From NCBI GenBank assembly GCA_045863195.1, contig BTUI01000003.1:68201-132200 (forward strand): a stretch of DNA of 64,000 nt. The letters are read 5' to 3'. Source of the DNA: Chloroflexota bacterium (GTDB taxonomy: Bacteria; Chloroflexota; Dehalococcoidia; UBA2979). The position numbers and the translations under genes were made by a program. Numbering within the stretch: the stretch's first letter is position 1; every line of letters begins with the position of its first letter. Under the pieces are notes generated by a model. The model made no database searches. It saw only the letters and a list, made by a program, of their open reading frames with translations, and was not told the DNA's origin. Below are positions 17,953 to 27,225 of this stretch, piece after piece.

Positions 17953-19020
17953 CTACCCGGTCAGGCCGAGCAGCGAGGTCCCGACCGTCGAGATGGCGAC
18001 CATGAACAGCATCGTCGCGATCACCGTCGCGGCCACCCCGCCGCCGACCGCGCGCACCGAGCGTAGGTCCACGCTCATCCCGAGGCCGGCCATCGCGACG
18101 GCGAACAGCGCGCGGCTCACGGTCTGGGCATCCCGCCCGACCTCCGGCGAGATCAGCCCGCTCGAACGCAGCACGGCCAGCACCAGGAAGCCGAGGATGA
18201 ACCACGGCACCACCGCGCGGAGACGCTGCCCGAGCGGCCGCGCGGCGCGGGCGACCTCGCCACGCCCATGCAGCGCGCGCAGCACCACAATGACCGGGCC
18301 GAGCAGCAGCACGCGCGTGAGTTTCACGAAGGTCGCGACCTCGCCGGAGAGGCCGGACACGGCGAACCCCGCGGCGACCACCTGCGGCACCGCGTAGACG
18401 GAGATGCCGGCGACCACGCCGTACTGGTAGTGCGTCAGGTCGATCCCCGGCACCAGCAGCGGAAGCAGGAGGATCTGCGCCGCGCCGAGCACCGCGCTGA
18501 TGCTGACGGCCGCGGCCACGTCGTCCGCGGTCGCGTCGATCGCGGGCGCCACGGCGGCGATCGCGGAGTTGCCGCAGATCGACCCCCCCACGCCCACGAG
18601 TACCGCGAGGCGCGAGCGCAGCCCCAACAGCCGATGCCCGACCACCCACGCGAACGCGAGGCCGCCCGCCACGGAGACGACCACGAGCAGGAAGAGCGGC
18701 GCGCCCGCCTCGACCACCCGTCCGAGGGCGACGCTCGCACCGAGCAGCACGATCGACGCCTCCAGCAGGTGCTTCGAGGCGAACGCTGCGCCGGCGCCGA
18801 GCCACTTCGGCACGCCGGCCACGTTCCGCACCGCGATGCCGAGCAGCAGCGCGATGACGAGCGCATCGATCACCGCGTGGTCGATGACGCTGGCTTCCGC
18901 CTCCTGCAGGAGGAGTGCCGCCAGGCCGAGCAGCGCGCAAACCGCGAGGCCGGGGCCGACGCGACGCCCCCAGGCGGAGGCGCGCGCCGCCGGGGGTGGC
19001 GCTGCGGCGGGCGCGGTCAC
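17953..19020 (-). CDS. yeiH: YeiH-family (UPF0324) putative sulfate/organosulfur exporter membrane protein
   Basis: About 10 TM helices and characteristic repeats (GLAFAWVVGHRL, GGSICGNSAIAAVAP) are present. Confidence 0.72.
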   Translation of the reverse strand: MTAPAAAPPPAARASAWGRRVGPGLAVCALLGLAALLLQEAEASVIDHAVIDALVIALLLGIAVRNVAGVPKWLGAGAAFASKHLLEASIVLLGASVALGRVVEAGAPLFLLVVVSVAGGLAFAWVVGHRLLGLRSRLAVLVGVGGSICGNSAIAAVAPAIDATADDVAAAVSISAVLGAAQILLLPLLVPGIDLTHYQYGVVAGISVYAVPQVVAAGFAVSGLSGEVATFVKLTRVLLLGPVIVVLRALHGRGEVARAARPLGQRLRAVVPWFILGFLVLAVLRSSGLISPEVGRDAQTVSRALFAVAMAGLGMSVDLRSVRAVGGGVAATVIATMLFMVAISTVGTSLLGLTG

Positions 19021-19023
19021 TGG

Positions 19024-19875
19024 CTAGGAGTCCGTGCCCGCGCGGCGTTGCTTCTCGCGCTCGAAGTTCTCCATCGCGCGCTGCACCATCGGGCGGCGGC
19101 GCTGGCCGGAGTCCATCGGCTTGTTGAGCGAGAAGCCCGGGTCGCCCTCGCCGGTCTGGGACAGCATGTGGTGCGCGAAGGAGGCGTGGATGTGCGGCGT
19201 GAAGCCGGCCATGTCCTGCGCCTGGTTGATCGCGATCTTGATCATCCGCAACTGGAACGGGTCGTTCTCCGCCACGCGGGAGGCGTACTCCATCACCTCT
19301 GCGTCCAGGTCCGCGAGCGGCACCACGCGGTTCACGAACCCGAGGTCATGCGCCTCCTGCGCGCCGACGAAGCGGCTCTCGAACAGGATCTCCTTCGCCT
19401 TGCGGTGGGAGAGGTCCCACGGCACGGAGAAGTACTGGAAGTTCGCAGGCAGGAACATCGCGTTGTCGGCGGCGAAGATGATGTCGCAGGAGGAGGCAAA
19501 GGCCCACCCGGCAAAGATGCAGTAGCCGTGCACCGCGGCGATGGTCGGCTTCGGGAGGTTCCGCCAGCGCAGGTTCACCTCCACGTTCATGTCCCAGGAC
19601 CGCCGGTAGCGGCCGCGCAGCCCCTCCTCGATCGGGCGGGCGATGCGGTCCGCCTTCTCCTCCGGCGTGCCGAGGTCGTGGCCGGCCGAGAAGTGGTCGC
19701 CGGCGCCCATCAGCACCACCACGCCCACTCCGTCGTCCTCGCCGGCCTCGATGAAGGCGGCGTCCACCTCCTCCGTCACGCGGCGGGAGAGCGGGTTTCG
19801 CTGCTGCGGCCGGTTGAGGATGATGCGGCGGACACGCCCCACCTGCTCCGTGCGGATGAACTCGTAGTCGGTCAT
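19024..19875 (-). CDS. Enoyl-CoA hydratase/isomerase (crotonase) family protein
   Basis: The sequence has VRRIILNRPQQRNPLS ... AAVHGYCIFAGWAFASSCDIIFAADNAMF, matching the crotonase fold. Confidence 0.8.
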   Translation of the reverse strand: MTDYEFIRTEQVGRVRRIILNRPQQRNPLSRRVTEEVDAAFIEAGEDDGVGVVVLMGAGDHFSAGHDLGTPEEKADRIARPIEEGLRGRYRRSWDMNVEVNLRWRNLPKPTIAAVHGYCIFAGWAFASSCDIIFAADNAMFLPANFQYFSVPWDLSHRKAKEILFESRFVGAQEAHDLGFVNRVVPLADLDAEVMEYASRVAENDPFQLRMIKIAINQAQDMAGFTPHIHASFAHHMLSQTGEGDPGFSLNKPMDSGQRRRPMVQRAMENFEREKQRRAGTDS

Positions 19876-19920
19876 GGCGTGCCTCTCGACGATCCTCGTG
19901 CCTGCATGCGCGGTGATGCG

Positions 19921-21228
19921 CTAGTCCGGGGGGCCCATCCCCGAGACGCCGAGGCGGACGAGTTCGTCCACCTCCTCGGCGTCCATCCCCAGCAACTCGG
20001 CCAGCACCTGGTGGGTGTGTTCGCCCTGCAGCGGCGCCGGGCGCACCTCGGTCGCGGGCGTGCGGCTGAAGTGGAACGGGATGGTGATCTGCGGGAACGC
20101 ACCCGCCTCGTTATGCACCACGTCACGCACGACGCCGCGCGCGCGGAGGTGCGGGTCGTCAGCGAGTTCCAGGCCGTCCAGCACCGGCGCCGCGAGGACA
20201 CCTAACGCCGACAGGCGCGCCGCGAGGGCGTCGCGATCCTCGGTGGCCGTCCACGTGCGGATCGCCTCGTCCAGCGCGTCCTCGTTCGCCTTGCGGTCGG
20301 CGTTCGTGGCGAAGCGGGCGTCCGTGGCCCAGCCGCGGCCGGCCGCGGCCGCGAGCGCCTGCCACTGCGCCTCGGTCTCCGCGGCGATCGCGACCCAGCG
20401 CTCCGTCCCAGCGGCGGGGTAGATGCCGTGCGGCGCGAAGGTGGCGTGGCGGTTGCCGAGGCGCGGCCGCTGGCGGCCCGTCAGCACGTACTCCAGCGCC
20501 GAGTCGCCGACCATCGCGAGGTTCGCGTCCTGCATCGATAGGTCGATGTACTGGCCCTCGCCGGTGCGGTCGCGATGGCGCAGCGCCGCGATGATCGCGC
20601 CGCACGCGTGGAACGCGGCAACGGCGTCCGGGTACATCTGGCCGGAGTTCTGCGGCGGCCCGTCCTCGTAGCCGAGGAGCGCGGACTGGCCGGAGGTCGG
20701 CTCGATGGTGCCGCCGATGCCGGGGATGTTCGCCCACGACCCCTCGTGCCCGTAGGCGGAGAGGCTCGCGAGGATGATGTCCGGCTTCAACGCCTTCAGG
20801 GCCTCGTAGTCCAGCCCGAAGTTGCCCATGACGCGCGGCGAGAAGTTCTCCGCGACGAAGTCGGTGTACGCCACGAGCCGCCGGTACGTCTCCATCCCCT
20901 CGGGTGTGCCGAGGTCGAGCGTGATGCAGCGCTTGTTCAGGTTCACGGAGTTGTACAGCGGGTTCACGTTCCACGGGTGCTGCGCCGTGGCGCGGTCCTT
21001 CAGCAGGCCGCCGATCGGCGCCGCGTAGTCGCCTCGCCAGGAGTCCGGGCGCTTCCGCACCTCGACCTGGATGATGTCCGCGCCGAGCATCCCGAGCAGC
21101 GAGGTGCAGTAGGAGCCGGCCCACGCCTGCGTGAGGACGATGCCCCGCACGCCGACGAGCGGGCCGGTGAGGGTGATCCCCGCCGCCTCGTTCCGGAGGA
21201 CGCCGGGACGCGTGTCGTGCAACGTCAT
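19921..21228 (-). CDS. CoA-transferase family III (CaiB/BaiF), paralog
   Basis: The sequence has LVGVRGIVLTQAWAGSYCTSLLGMLGADIIQVE and a C-terminal PLQGEHT. Confidence 0.8.
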   Translation of the reverse strand: MTLHDTRPGVLRNEAAGITLTGPLVGVRGIVLTQAWAGSYCTSLLGMLGADIIQVEVRKRPDSWRGDYAAPIGGLLKDRATAQHPWNVNPLYNSVNLNKRCITLDLGTPEGMETYRRLVAYTDFVAENFSPRVMGNFGLDYEALKALKPDIILASLSAYGHEGSWANIPGIGGTIEPTSGQSALLGYEDGPPQNSGQMYPDAVAAFHACGAIIAALRHRDRTGEGQYIDLSMQDANLAMVGDSALEYVLTGRQRPRLGNRHATFAPHGIYPAAGTERWVAIAAETEAQWQALAAAAGRGWATDARFATNADRKANEDALDEAIRTWTATEDRDALAARLSALGVLAAPVLDGLELADDPHLRARGVVRDVVHNEAGAFPQITIPFHFSRTPATEVRPAPLQGEHTHQVLAELLGMDAEEVDELVRLGVSGMGPPD

Positions 21229-22421
21229 CGCCCACCCCCTTCCTTCGGGCCGAGCACGCCCGACTGCTGCAGTCCGCGAACGTCGTCCTCCGCGAGGCCG
21301 GCCACCGTCCGCAGCACCTCAACCGAGTGCTCACCGGGGCGTGGCGGGCGACGGTCGAGCGTGGCCGGCGTCCGCGACATGCGGAGCGCGGGGCCCGGGT
21401 ACTCCGGGCCGTCCGGCTGGTCGGCGGGCGTGCGCCAGAAGCCTCGCTCGCGCAGATGCTCCACGCCTCGCAGTTCCTCCATCGTCAGCACCGGGCCCGC
21501 GACCACGCGCCGGACGGCGAGTTCATCGAACAGGTCCATCTTCTTCCAGCCGGACATCGCCGCGGTGACGCGCTCCACGTACTCGTCCTTGTGCGCCTGG
21601 CGGTAGAAGGAGGCGCCCCAGCGCGGGTCCTCCGCCAGGTCCGGGAGGCCGAGCAGGTTCATGGCGTCACGCCAGAAGTGCGCGCGGCTCAGCGTGAGCG
21701 CGAAATGGCCGTCCTGCACCGGCACGGGGCCGGCCATCAGGTCGTTCGAGTCGCGGCGGCCATGCGCCTTGCCGGCGTACTGCGACCGGAGGAACGCCGG
21801 CGCGAACGCCGCCGCCATCACCTCGATCTCCGCGATGTCCACCTCCTGGCCCTCGCCCGGGTGGTGGTCGCGCCAGCGCAGCGCCGCGACCGTGGCTGCG
21901 TACGCCACGGTCCCCGCGCACATGGAGGGCTGCATCCCGCTCGGCTTCAGCGGTTCGCGGTCCAGGTCACCGTTGATCGAGGCCCAGCCGGAGCGGGCCG
22001 CGTCGGTGAGGTCGTTCCCGGGCACCTCCGCCAGCGGGCCGGTCATGCCGTGAGGCGTGACGTGGGTCATGATGATCTCGGGCCGGCCGAGCGCGGCGTG
22101 CGTCATTGACCACGCCTCCAGCCGGCTCGGCGCGTGCGAGGAGATCACGATGTCCGCGCGCCGCGCGAGTTCGACCGCGTGCACGCGCGCCCGCGGGTCA
22201 TCGAGGTCCAGCGCGACGGCGCGCTTGTTCGCGAGCAGGTACTGCGCGGGGATGCTGAGCCCGTCCTCCGTGAACGAACCGACGCGGCGGAGCGGGTGCC
22301 CCTCGCGCGGCTCGACGAGGATCACGTCCGCGCCGTAGTCGGCGAGCAGGCGTGAGCACCACGCCCCGGCGGCGCTGGTGGAGATGTCGATGACCCGGAT
22401 GCCATCGAGGATGCGTGCCAC
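21225..22421 (-). CDS. CoA-transferase family III (CaiB/BaiF), paralog
   Basis: The sequence has LDGIRVIDISTSAAGAWCSRLLADYGADVILVEP and a C-terminal PRPGEHS. Its stop overlaps the downstream paralog's start by 4 nt, indicating coupling. Confidence 0.8.
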   Translation of the reverse strand: MARILDGIRVIDISTSAAGAWCSRLLADYGADVILVEPREGHPLRRVGSFTEDGLSIPAQYLLANKRAVALDLDDPRARVHAVELARRADIVISSHAPSRLEAWSMTHAALGRPEIIMTHVTPHGMTGPLAEVPGNDLTDAARSGWASINGDLDREPLKPSGMQPSMCAGTVAYAATVAALRWRDHHPGEGQEVDIAEIEVMAAAFAPAFLRSQYAGKAHGRRDSNDLMAGPVPVQDGHFALTLSRAHFWRDAMNLLGLPDLAEDPRWGASFYRQAHKDEYVERVTAAMSGWKKMDLFDELAVRRVVAGPVLTMEELRGVEHLRERGFWRTPADQPDGPEYPGPALRMSRTPATLDRRPPRPGEHSVEVLRTVAGLAEDDVRGLQQSGVLGPKEGGGR

Positions 22422-22424
22422 TGG

Positions 22425-23261
22425 CTACCCCCCTGCCTCGCCGCGCTTCGCCACGCCGAAGATCGTCGTGTGGCGCTGGCGGATCACCTCGCGGCCGTCG
22501 GCGTCATACGTGCAGCAGTCGAAGACACCGTAGTGGTGCCCCTTCCGCTCGTACGCCTCCAGGAAGCGGGCGGTCGTGGTGTGCGGCCCGGCGTAGGCGG
22601 GCGCCAGAAACTGGATGTGGCTCCGCGCGTGGATCGCCGGGCCGTAATCGTAGGAGTGATGCAGCACGCGGATCGGCCGCGCGGCCACCCAGCCGGGGTG
22701 GAGCCGCGGCCGGTCGCCCGTGAAGAGCGGATCGTCGGTGCGCTGCTTCTCGCGCGCGAACTCCCGCATCTCCTCGACGCGCACGCCCCCGCCGAGGGCG
22801 CGCAACTCGCCGCCGACCGGCGCGATCTCCAGCGTCAGGTTTGGGTGCGTCTCCAGGTTCGGGTCCGCCTCGCGCAACGGCGTGGCGACGAGCATCGGCA
22901 GCCACGGCGCATCGCCGAGGCCAACGGTGCCGCTGATGCGGTCGTGGCCGTCCGGCCCGGTGACGTGCAGCGTCCACGCGCCGTCCTCCGGCACCACGGT
23001 GATCGTCAGGTCCTCGCCCGGATAGGTGGGACGCCGGAAGGCGACCTCCGCCCAGCCGCGATCGAGCCAGCCGGCCCCGAGCGCCTCGAGGATCGCGGGC
23101 GTCGCCCAGCCCCAGACGGTGGCGCCGCCGACGAGGGCGGCCTGGTAGCCGTACTCCTTCGCCCCCTCGGTGGAGTGGATCTCGTTCGGGATGTTGCGGT
23201 TGTCGGGGCCGTCCAGGAACGCGGTGATGCGGTGCTCCGCGCTGCGCGGTGCGGTGGTCAT
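22425..23261 (-). CDS. Double-hotdog (MaoC-like) acyl dehydratase/hydratase-like protein, hypothetical
   Basis: 278 aa. The N-terminal half (NIPNEIHSTEGAKEYGYQAALVGGATVWGW) resembles MaoC-like hotdog domains. It is embedded between CoA-transferase genes. Confidence 0.4.
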   Translation of the reverse strand: MTTAPRSAEHRITAFLDGPDNRNIPNEIHSTEGAKEYGYQAALVGGATVWGWATPAILEALGAGWLDRGWAEVAFRRPTYPGEDLTITVVPEDGAWTLHVTGPDGHDRISGTVGLGDAPWLPMLVATPLREADPNLETHPNLTLEIAPVGGELRALGGGVRVEEMREFAREKQRTDDPLFTGDRPRLHPGWVAARPIRVLHHSYDYGPAIHARSHIQFLAPAYAGPHTTTARFLEAYERKGHHYGVFDCCTYDADGREVIRQRHTTIFGVAKRGEAGG

Positions 23262-24388
23262 GCTGCTGTCCCTTCTCCGAGCCAGGCCCGGAAGACCTCC
23301 TGCGTGTGTTCGCCCGGCGTGACGGGCGCGGGCCGCGAGGCGGCGGGCGGGCCACCCTCCAGCCGGAACGGGCGGCCGGGAATGCTGACGGTGCGTCCGT
23401 CCGGGCCGGGCACCTGCCGCATGAACTCGCGCGCCTCCACCTGCGGGCAGGCGAAGAGGTCATCCACGGACTGCACCAGCGCAAACGTCAGGTGCAGCCG
23501 CTCCGCCTCCTCGAACCACTCCTGCGCCGTCTTCCGCTGGAACGGCGGGACGAACAGCGCCAGGTACTCCTCGTAGTGCTGCTGCCGCCCCTCGGCGGTC
23601 TGGAAGCGGTCCTCCGCCAGCCGCGGCTCATCGAGGAGCACCGCGACGCCGCGCATGTCGACGGTCGCGATCGCGCCGGGGGCGCAGTAGACGAACTTGT
23701 CCTGCGCCGGGACCATCCGGAGCGCCTGCTTCTGGCGCAGTTCACGACGCGTCACCTCGCCTCGGTAGGCGTAGGCGGTGGCCTGCGTATAGAGGTGCGA
23801 GCCGAGCGCCTCCGCCATCGAGACGTCGAGGCGGCGCAGTCGTCCGTCCCGGCGCGCCGAGCGTGCCGCCGCCAGCGCGCCGGACGCGGCGGCCAGGCCG
23901 CCGGTCAGCGCCGCCGCGTACGGCGGCATCTGCATCGGCGGCTGGTCCCACTCGCCGGTCAGGAACATGAGCCCGCTCGCCGCCTGCACCACCAGGTCGC
24001 TCGCCGCCCAGTCCGCACGGGGACCGCTGAGGCCGAATGGGGACACCGAGACCACCGCGAGGCGCGGCGTCAGCGACTCGTACAGCCCCTCGGGCAGTCC
24101 GGCGGCCGCGAGGCCCGCGCGCGAGCAGTCGCCGACGACGATGTCCGCGGCGCCGGCCAGCGCGTGGACCTGATCCGGCGATGCGAACACGCTCCGCTTG
24201 CCGTGGTTCACGAAGGCGAACGCGCCGCCCTGTCCGCCGCCCCAGCGGGAGACCTCGCGGCGCAGCGGGTCGCCGCCCGGCGGCTCCACCTTCACCACGT
24301 CCCAGCCGACCTCCGCGAGCAGTTTCGTGGTGTAGGAGGCACCGACGCCGGTGGAGAGGTCGAGCGCGCGCGACGGTGCGGGCGTCAT
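23258..24388 (-). CDS. CoA-transferase family III (CaiB/BaiF), paralog
   Basis: The start is placed at MTPAPSRALDLSTGVGASYTTKLLAEVGWDVVKVEPP (ATG with an upstream GGGAG). The ORF-track N-terminal extension is Arg-rich shadow sequence. The C-terminus has PVTPGEHT. Confidence 0.75.
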   Translation of the reverse strand: MTPAPSRALDLSTGVGASYTTKLLAEVGWDVVKVEPPGGDPLRREVSRWGGGQGGAFAFVNHGKRSVFASPDQVHALAGAADIVVGDCSRAGLAAAGLPEGLYESLTPRLAVVSVSPFGLSGPRADWAASDLVVQAASGLMFLTGEWDQPPMQMPPYAAALTGGLAAASGALAAARSARRDGRLRRLDVSMAEALGSHLYTQATAYAYRGEVTRRELRQKQALRMVPAQDKFVYCAPGAIATVDMRGVAVLLDEPRLAEDRFQTAEGRQQHYEEYLALFVPPFQRKTAQEWFEEAERLHLTFALVQSVDDLFACPQVEAREFMRQVPGPDGRTVSIPGRPFRLEGGPPAASRPAPVTPGEHTQEVFRAWLGEGTAA

Positions 24389-25602
24389 CGGGCGCGCTCC
24401 CGCCAGGCGTCGTGCTGCTCGTCGATGCGGGAGAACTCGGCCCGCGCGAGGCGTACGGCGTAGTGCTCCGGGGAGGAACGCGGACGCTCGGCCGCGAACG
24501 GCGCGCTGCCGATGATGTCCGCCTGCTCCAGCGCGGCGATCTCTGCGTCCGTCATCCCGGCGACCTCGCGCAGGATCGCGTGGTTGTCGTCGCCGAGGCC
24601 GCGCGGCGCCTCCATCGGGACGCCGCGCCCGCCGCCGAACGCCGGGCCGGCGTGCGGCCGGGCCGCCTCCGCCTCGCCGAGGACGCCGAAATAGCCGCGC
24701 GTCCACAGGTGCTCGTCCGTCACGTGGTCGGCCGCGTCCGCGACCTCCGCCGCGGGCACGCCCGCAGCCTGCAGCGCCGCGACGACCTCCGGCCCGCCGC
24801 GCCCGCGGAGGGCGGACGCGACGGCCGCCGCGCTGACCTCGGCGAGGCCGAGGGCGCGCGCAAGCGCCGGTGCCTGATCGGCGGTCGCGGTGATCGCGAC
24901 GTGGCGGTCGACGCCGGCGACATCGAACACGCCGTGGACGGCGAAGCGCGGGTCGGCGTTGCCGGTCCGGTTCGGCAGCCCGCCGCCGAAGGCGCGCTCC
25001 GTCACCGCGGTGCCGATATGCGAGATCGCCGTCTCGTACAGCGAGATGTCGATGTGGACAGCCTCACCCGTCGCGTCTCGATGGTCGAGCGCCGCGAGGA
25101 TCGCGAACGCGGTGTTCAGGCCGCAGGTGTTGTCCGCGTAGACGATGGTGCCGGGACGTCCCGGCCAGCCGTCCGGGTCGCCGATCAGGCCGTTCTGGCC
25201 CGACACCGCCTCAGCGCCGGGGCCGAACAGCGGGCGCTCGCCCCAGGGGCCGGTGGTGCCGAAGCCGGTGAGCGAGACGTAGACCACGTCCGGGTTCAGC
25301 CGCCGGATCGCCTCGAAGTCGATCTCGTACTTGCGCATCACGCGCGGCGTGAAATTGTGCGCCACCACGTCGCACCCCGCCGCGACGCGCCGGAACACCT
25401 CCGGCCCGCCCTCCATCGCCAGGTCGAGGCCAAGCCGGCGCTTGTTGCGGAAGAGGTCGGCGTCGCCCGCCGCGCGCCCGCGGCGGTGCGATTCGACGCG
25501 GATCACCTCCGCGCCGAGGTCCGCCAGGTGTCGGGTCGCGAACGGCAGTGCCGCCGCCTGCTCCATCGACAGGACACGGATGCCTTCGAGCGGACGGTCC
25601 AC
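24385..25602 (-). CDS. CoA-transferase family III (CaiB/BaiF), paralog, first gene of the minus-strand array
   Basis: The start is placed at GTG (VDRPLEGIRVLSMEQAAALPFATRHLADLGAEVIRVE) with an upstream GGGAGGGG. An ATGA overlap links it to the next paralog. The longer ORF-track N-terminus translates AT-richer promoter DNA. Confidence 0.75.
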   Translation of the reverse strand: MDRPLEGIRVLSMEQAAALPFATRHLADLGAEVIRVESHRRGRAAGDADLFRNKRRLGLDLAMEGGPEVFRRVAAGCDVVAHNFTPRVMRKYEIDFEAIRRLNPDVVYVSLTGFGTTGPWGERPLFGPGAEAVSGQNGLIGDPDGWPGRPGTIVYADNTCGLNTAFAILAALDHRDATGEAVHIDISLYETAISHIGTAVTERAFGGGLPNRTGNADPRFAVHGVFDVAGVDRHVAITATADQAPALARALGLAEVSAAAVASALRGRGGPEVVAALQAAGVPAAEVADAADHVTDEHLWTRGYFGVLGEAEAARPHAGPAFGGGRGVPMEAPRGLGDDNHAILREVAGMTDAEIAALEQADIIGSAPFAAERPRSSPEHYAVRLARAEFSRIDEQHDAWRERAR

Positions 25603-25698
25603 GGCCCCTCCCGGTTCCTTCTGGAATCGGGAATCTATCACGGGAGGGCCTCGCCGCCATGCTGCGAACCATGGCTCCGCCTTATGCCATCGAACTAG

Positions 25699-25757
25699 TT
25701 GATACCATGTCCCAATACGGCTAGCATCCGCCCTGCGATAACCGATACTCAGTATCG
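25699..25757 (+). promoter_or_regulatory. Sigma70-like promoter (TTGATA-17 nt-TAGCAT) followed by a perfect 7-1-7 palindrome CGATACT-c-AGTATCG (25743-25757), a candidate operator
   Basis: It lies in the AT-richer divergent region between the CoA-transferase array (minus) and the lipoprotein gene (plus). The palindrome sits between the predicted transcription start and the GGAGG ribosome-binding site. Confidence 0.35.
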
Positions 25758-25769
25758 ACTGGAGGATGC

Positions 25770-27149
25770 ATGGACGTTCGAACACACCCCACCACCGGAT
25801 GGAGGCGTGCCCTCCTCGGCATCGCCGCGCTCACTGCGCTGGCCCTCGGAGCGGCCTGCAGCAGCGACGGCGACACCACGGCGGCCGATGCAGCGGCAAC
25901 GGCGGCCGTCACCGTGGCGGCCGCTGCCGACACCGCCACGGCGGCCACACCTGCCCCGGCGCCGGAGGGCTACCTGGTCGTCGCCGACCCCGCCGAGGAG
26001 CGGCTCTACGTGTACGGCCTCCCCGGAGGCGACCTCCTTACCGACATGGACCACGTGGTGCTGTCGGCGCACACCGGCACGCTCGTGCTCCCCGACGGTC
26101 GCTTCCTGTACATCGACGACCACGAGCACCAACTCCGGGTGCTCGACCTGAAGGCCGAAGGCGGGCCCCGCGACGCGGGCTCGGCGGCGATCCCGGGCGA
26201 TCAGGCGTGGTCAGCGGTCGACCCGGAGGGCCGGTACTACGCCGGCTCGCGTCGAGACGACGCGAAGGCCACGATCTCGGTGATCGACCTGGCCACGATG
26301 CAGCGCGCCGACATCGAGATCGACGCCGCGGGGCTGAACGGCGAGCCACACGTCGCCCTCGGCGGATCGCCGGCCACGGTGTACGCCTACATCGGTGGCA
26401 CGCTCTCGTCCTACTTCGTCGCGGACGTGATGGCGGGCAACACCACGCCCGCGAACACGCTCGAGATCGGCGGGGGCGCACACAGCCAGGTGCTGGCTCG
26501 GGGCACGCTCTACACCTCCCTGCCGGAGCGACTGGACGCCGTGAAGGTGAACGGCGTCCGGTTCGGCGAGCGCAGTGAGATTCCATGGAACGTGGACGAC
26601 CGCGAGGGCGGGCGGAACGGCCGCATGCGCCTCTCCTACGACGGCGGCTACATCTACGGCGCCGTCGCCGCCTCGGTCCCCGCCGAGGAGTGGGCGAACC
26701 GCGTCAACGATGTCCACATCGCTGACCTGGCCACGGGGGAGGCGAAGCGATTCGAACTCGCGCCGGGCATCGTGGGCCGCTTCTCGCTCTCGCAGCCGTA
26801 CGCCCTCTTCTACAACATCCACCCGGACGGCGATGCCGCCTACTTGCTGGACGTGAAGCCGGGCTCCGCCACCTTCCAGGAGATCGTCGCGCGCATCCCG
26901 CTGGAGGCGCTCACGGACGGCCCGAAGGCGGGCGAGTCCGCGTCCGGCAAGAACGCCCGAGGCGGCACCATCACCCCGGATGGGCGCTGGGCGTTCGTCT
27001 CGCACGGTGGTGACGGACGCATCTCGATCATCGACACCGCGACGAAGGCGGTGGTCGGAAGCATCGAGACTCCCACAGCGCTGCGTGGCGGCGGCTACCT
27101 GGCGTCCTGGACGCCGGGGACGCCGCTCATGGACGCGTTCGGTCGCTAG
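25770..27149 (+). CDS. Lipoprotein with beta-propeller-like (YVTN-type) repeats, hypothetical
   Basis: The lipobox is LGAAC. Repeated LYVYG / ISVIDLAT / ISIIDTATKAVVGSIET strand motifs resemble YVTN/lactonase-type propeller blades. Confidence 0.5.
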   Translation: MDVRTHPTTGWRRALLGIAALTALALGAACSSDGDTTAADAAATAAVTVAAAADTATAATPAPAPEGYLVVADPAEERLYVYGLPGGDLLTDMDHVVLSAHTGTLVLPDGRFLYIDDHEHQLRVLDLKAEGGPRDAGSAAIPGDQAWSAVDPEGRYYAGSRRDDAKATISVIDLATMQRADIEIDAAGLNGEPHVALGGSPATVYAYIGGTLSSYFVADVMAGNTTPANTLEIGGGAHSQVLARGTLYTSLPERLDAVKVNGVRFGERSEIPWNVDDREGGRNGRMRLSYDGGYIYGAVAASVPAEEWANRVNDVHIADLATGEAKRFELAPGIVGRFSLSQPYALFYNIHPDGDAAYLLDVKPGSATFQEIVARIPLEALTDGPKAGESASGKNARGGTITPDGRWAFVSHGGDGRISIIDTATKAVVGSIETPTALRGGGYLASWTPGTPLMDAFGR

Positions 27150-27225
27150 TCGGGCGTCGGACGCGGCCAGCGGGCCGGGCACCCCGGGGATGGTTCCCTC
27201 GCCCCGGGGTGCCCACGCGCTTGAC

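Noticed and set aside
16109-18397. 762-aa ORF on the plus strand
   Set aside because: It is antisense to the FAD dehydrogenase and YeiH genes. Its Arg/Asp/Glu-rich low-complexity translation is typical of shadow ORFs in high-GC DNA, and it has no recognizable domains.
25603-25785. N-terminal 60 aa of the ORF-track call 24385..25785
   Set aside because: It translates AT-richer promoter DNA (MFERPCILQSILSIGYRR ...). The conserved transferase N-terminus begins at GTG 25602 with a strong ribosome-binding site.
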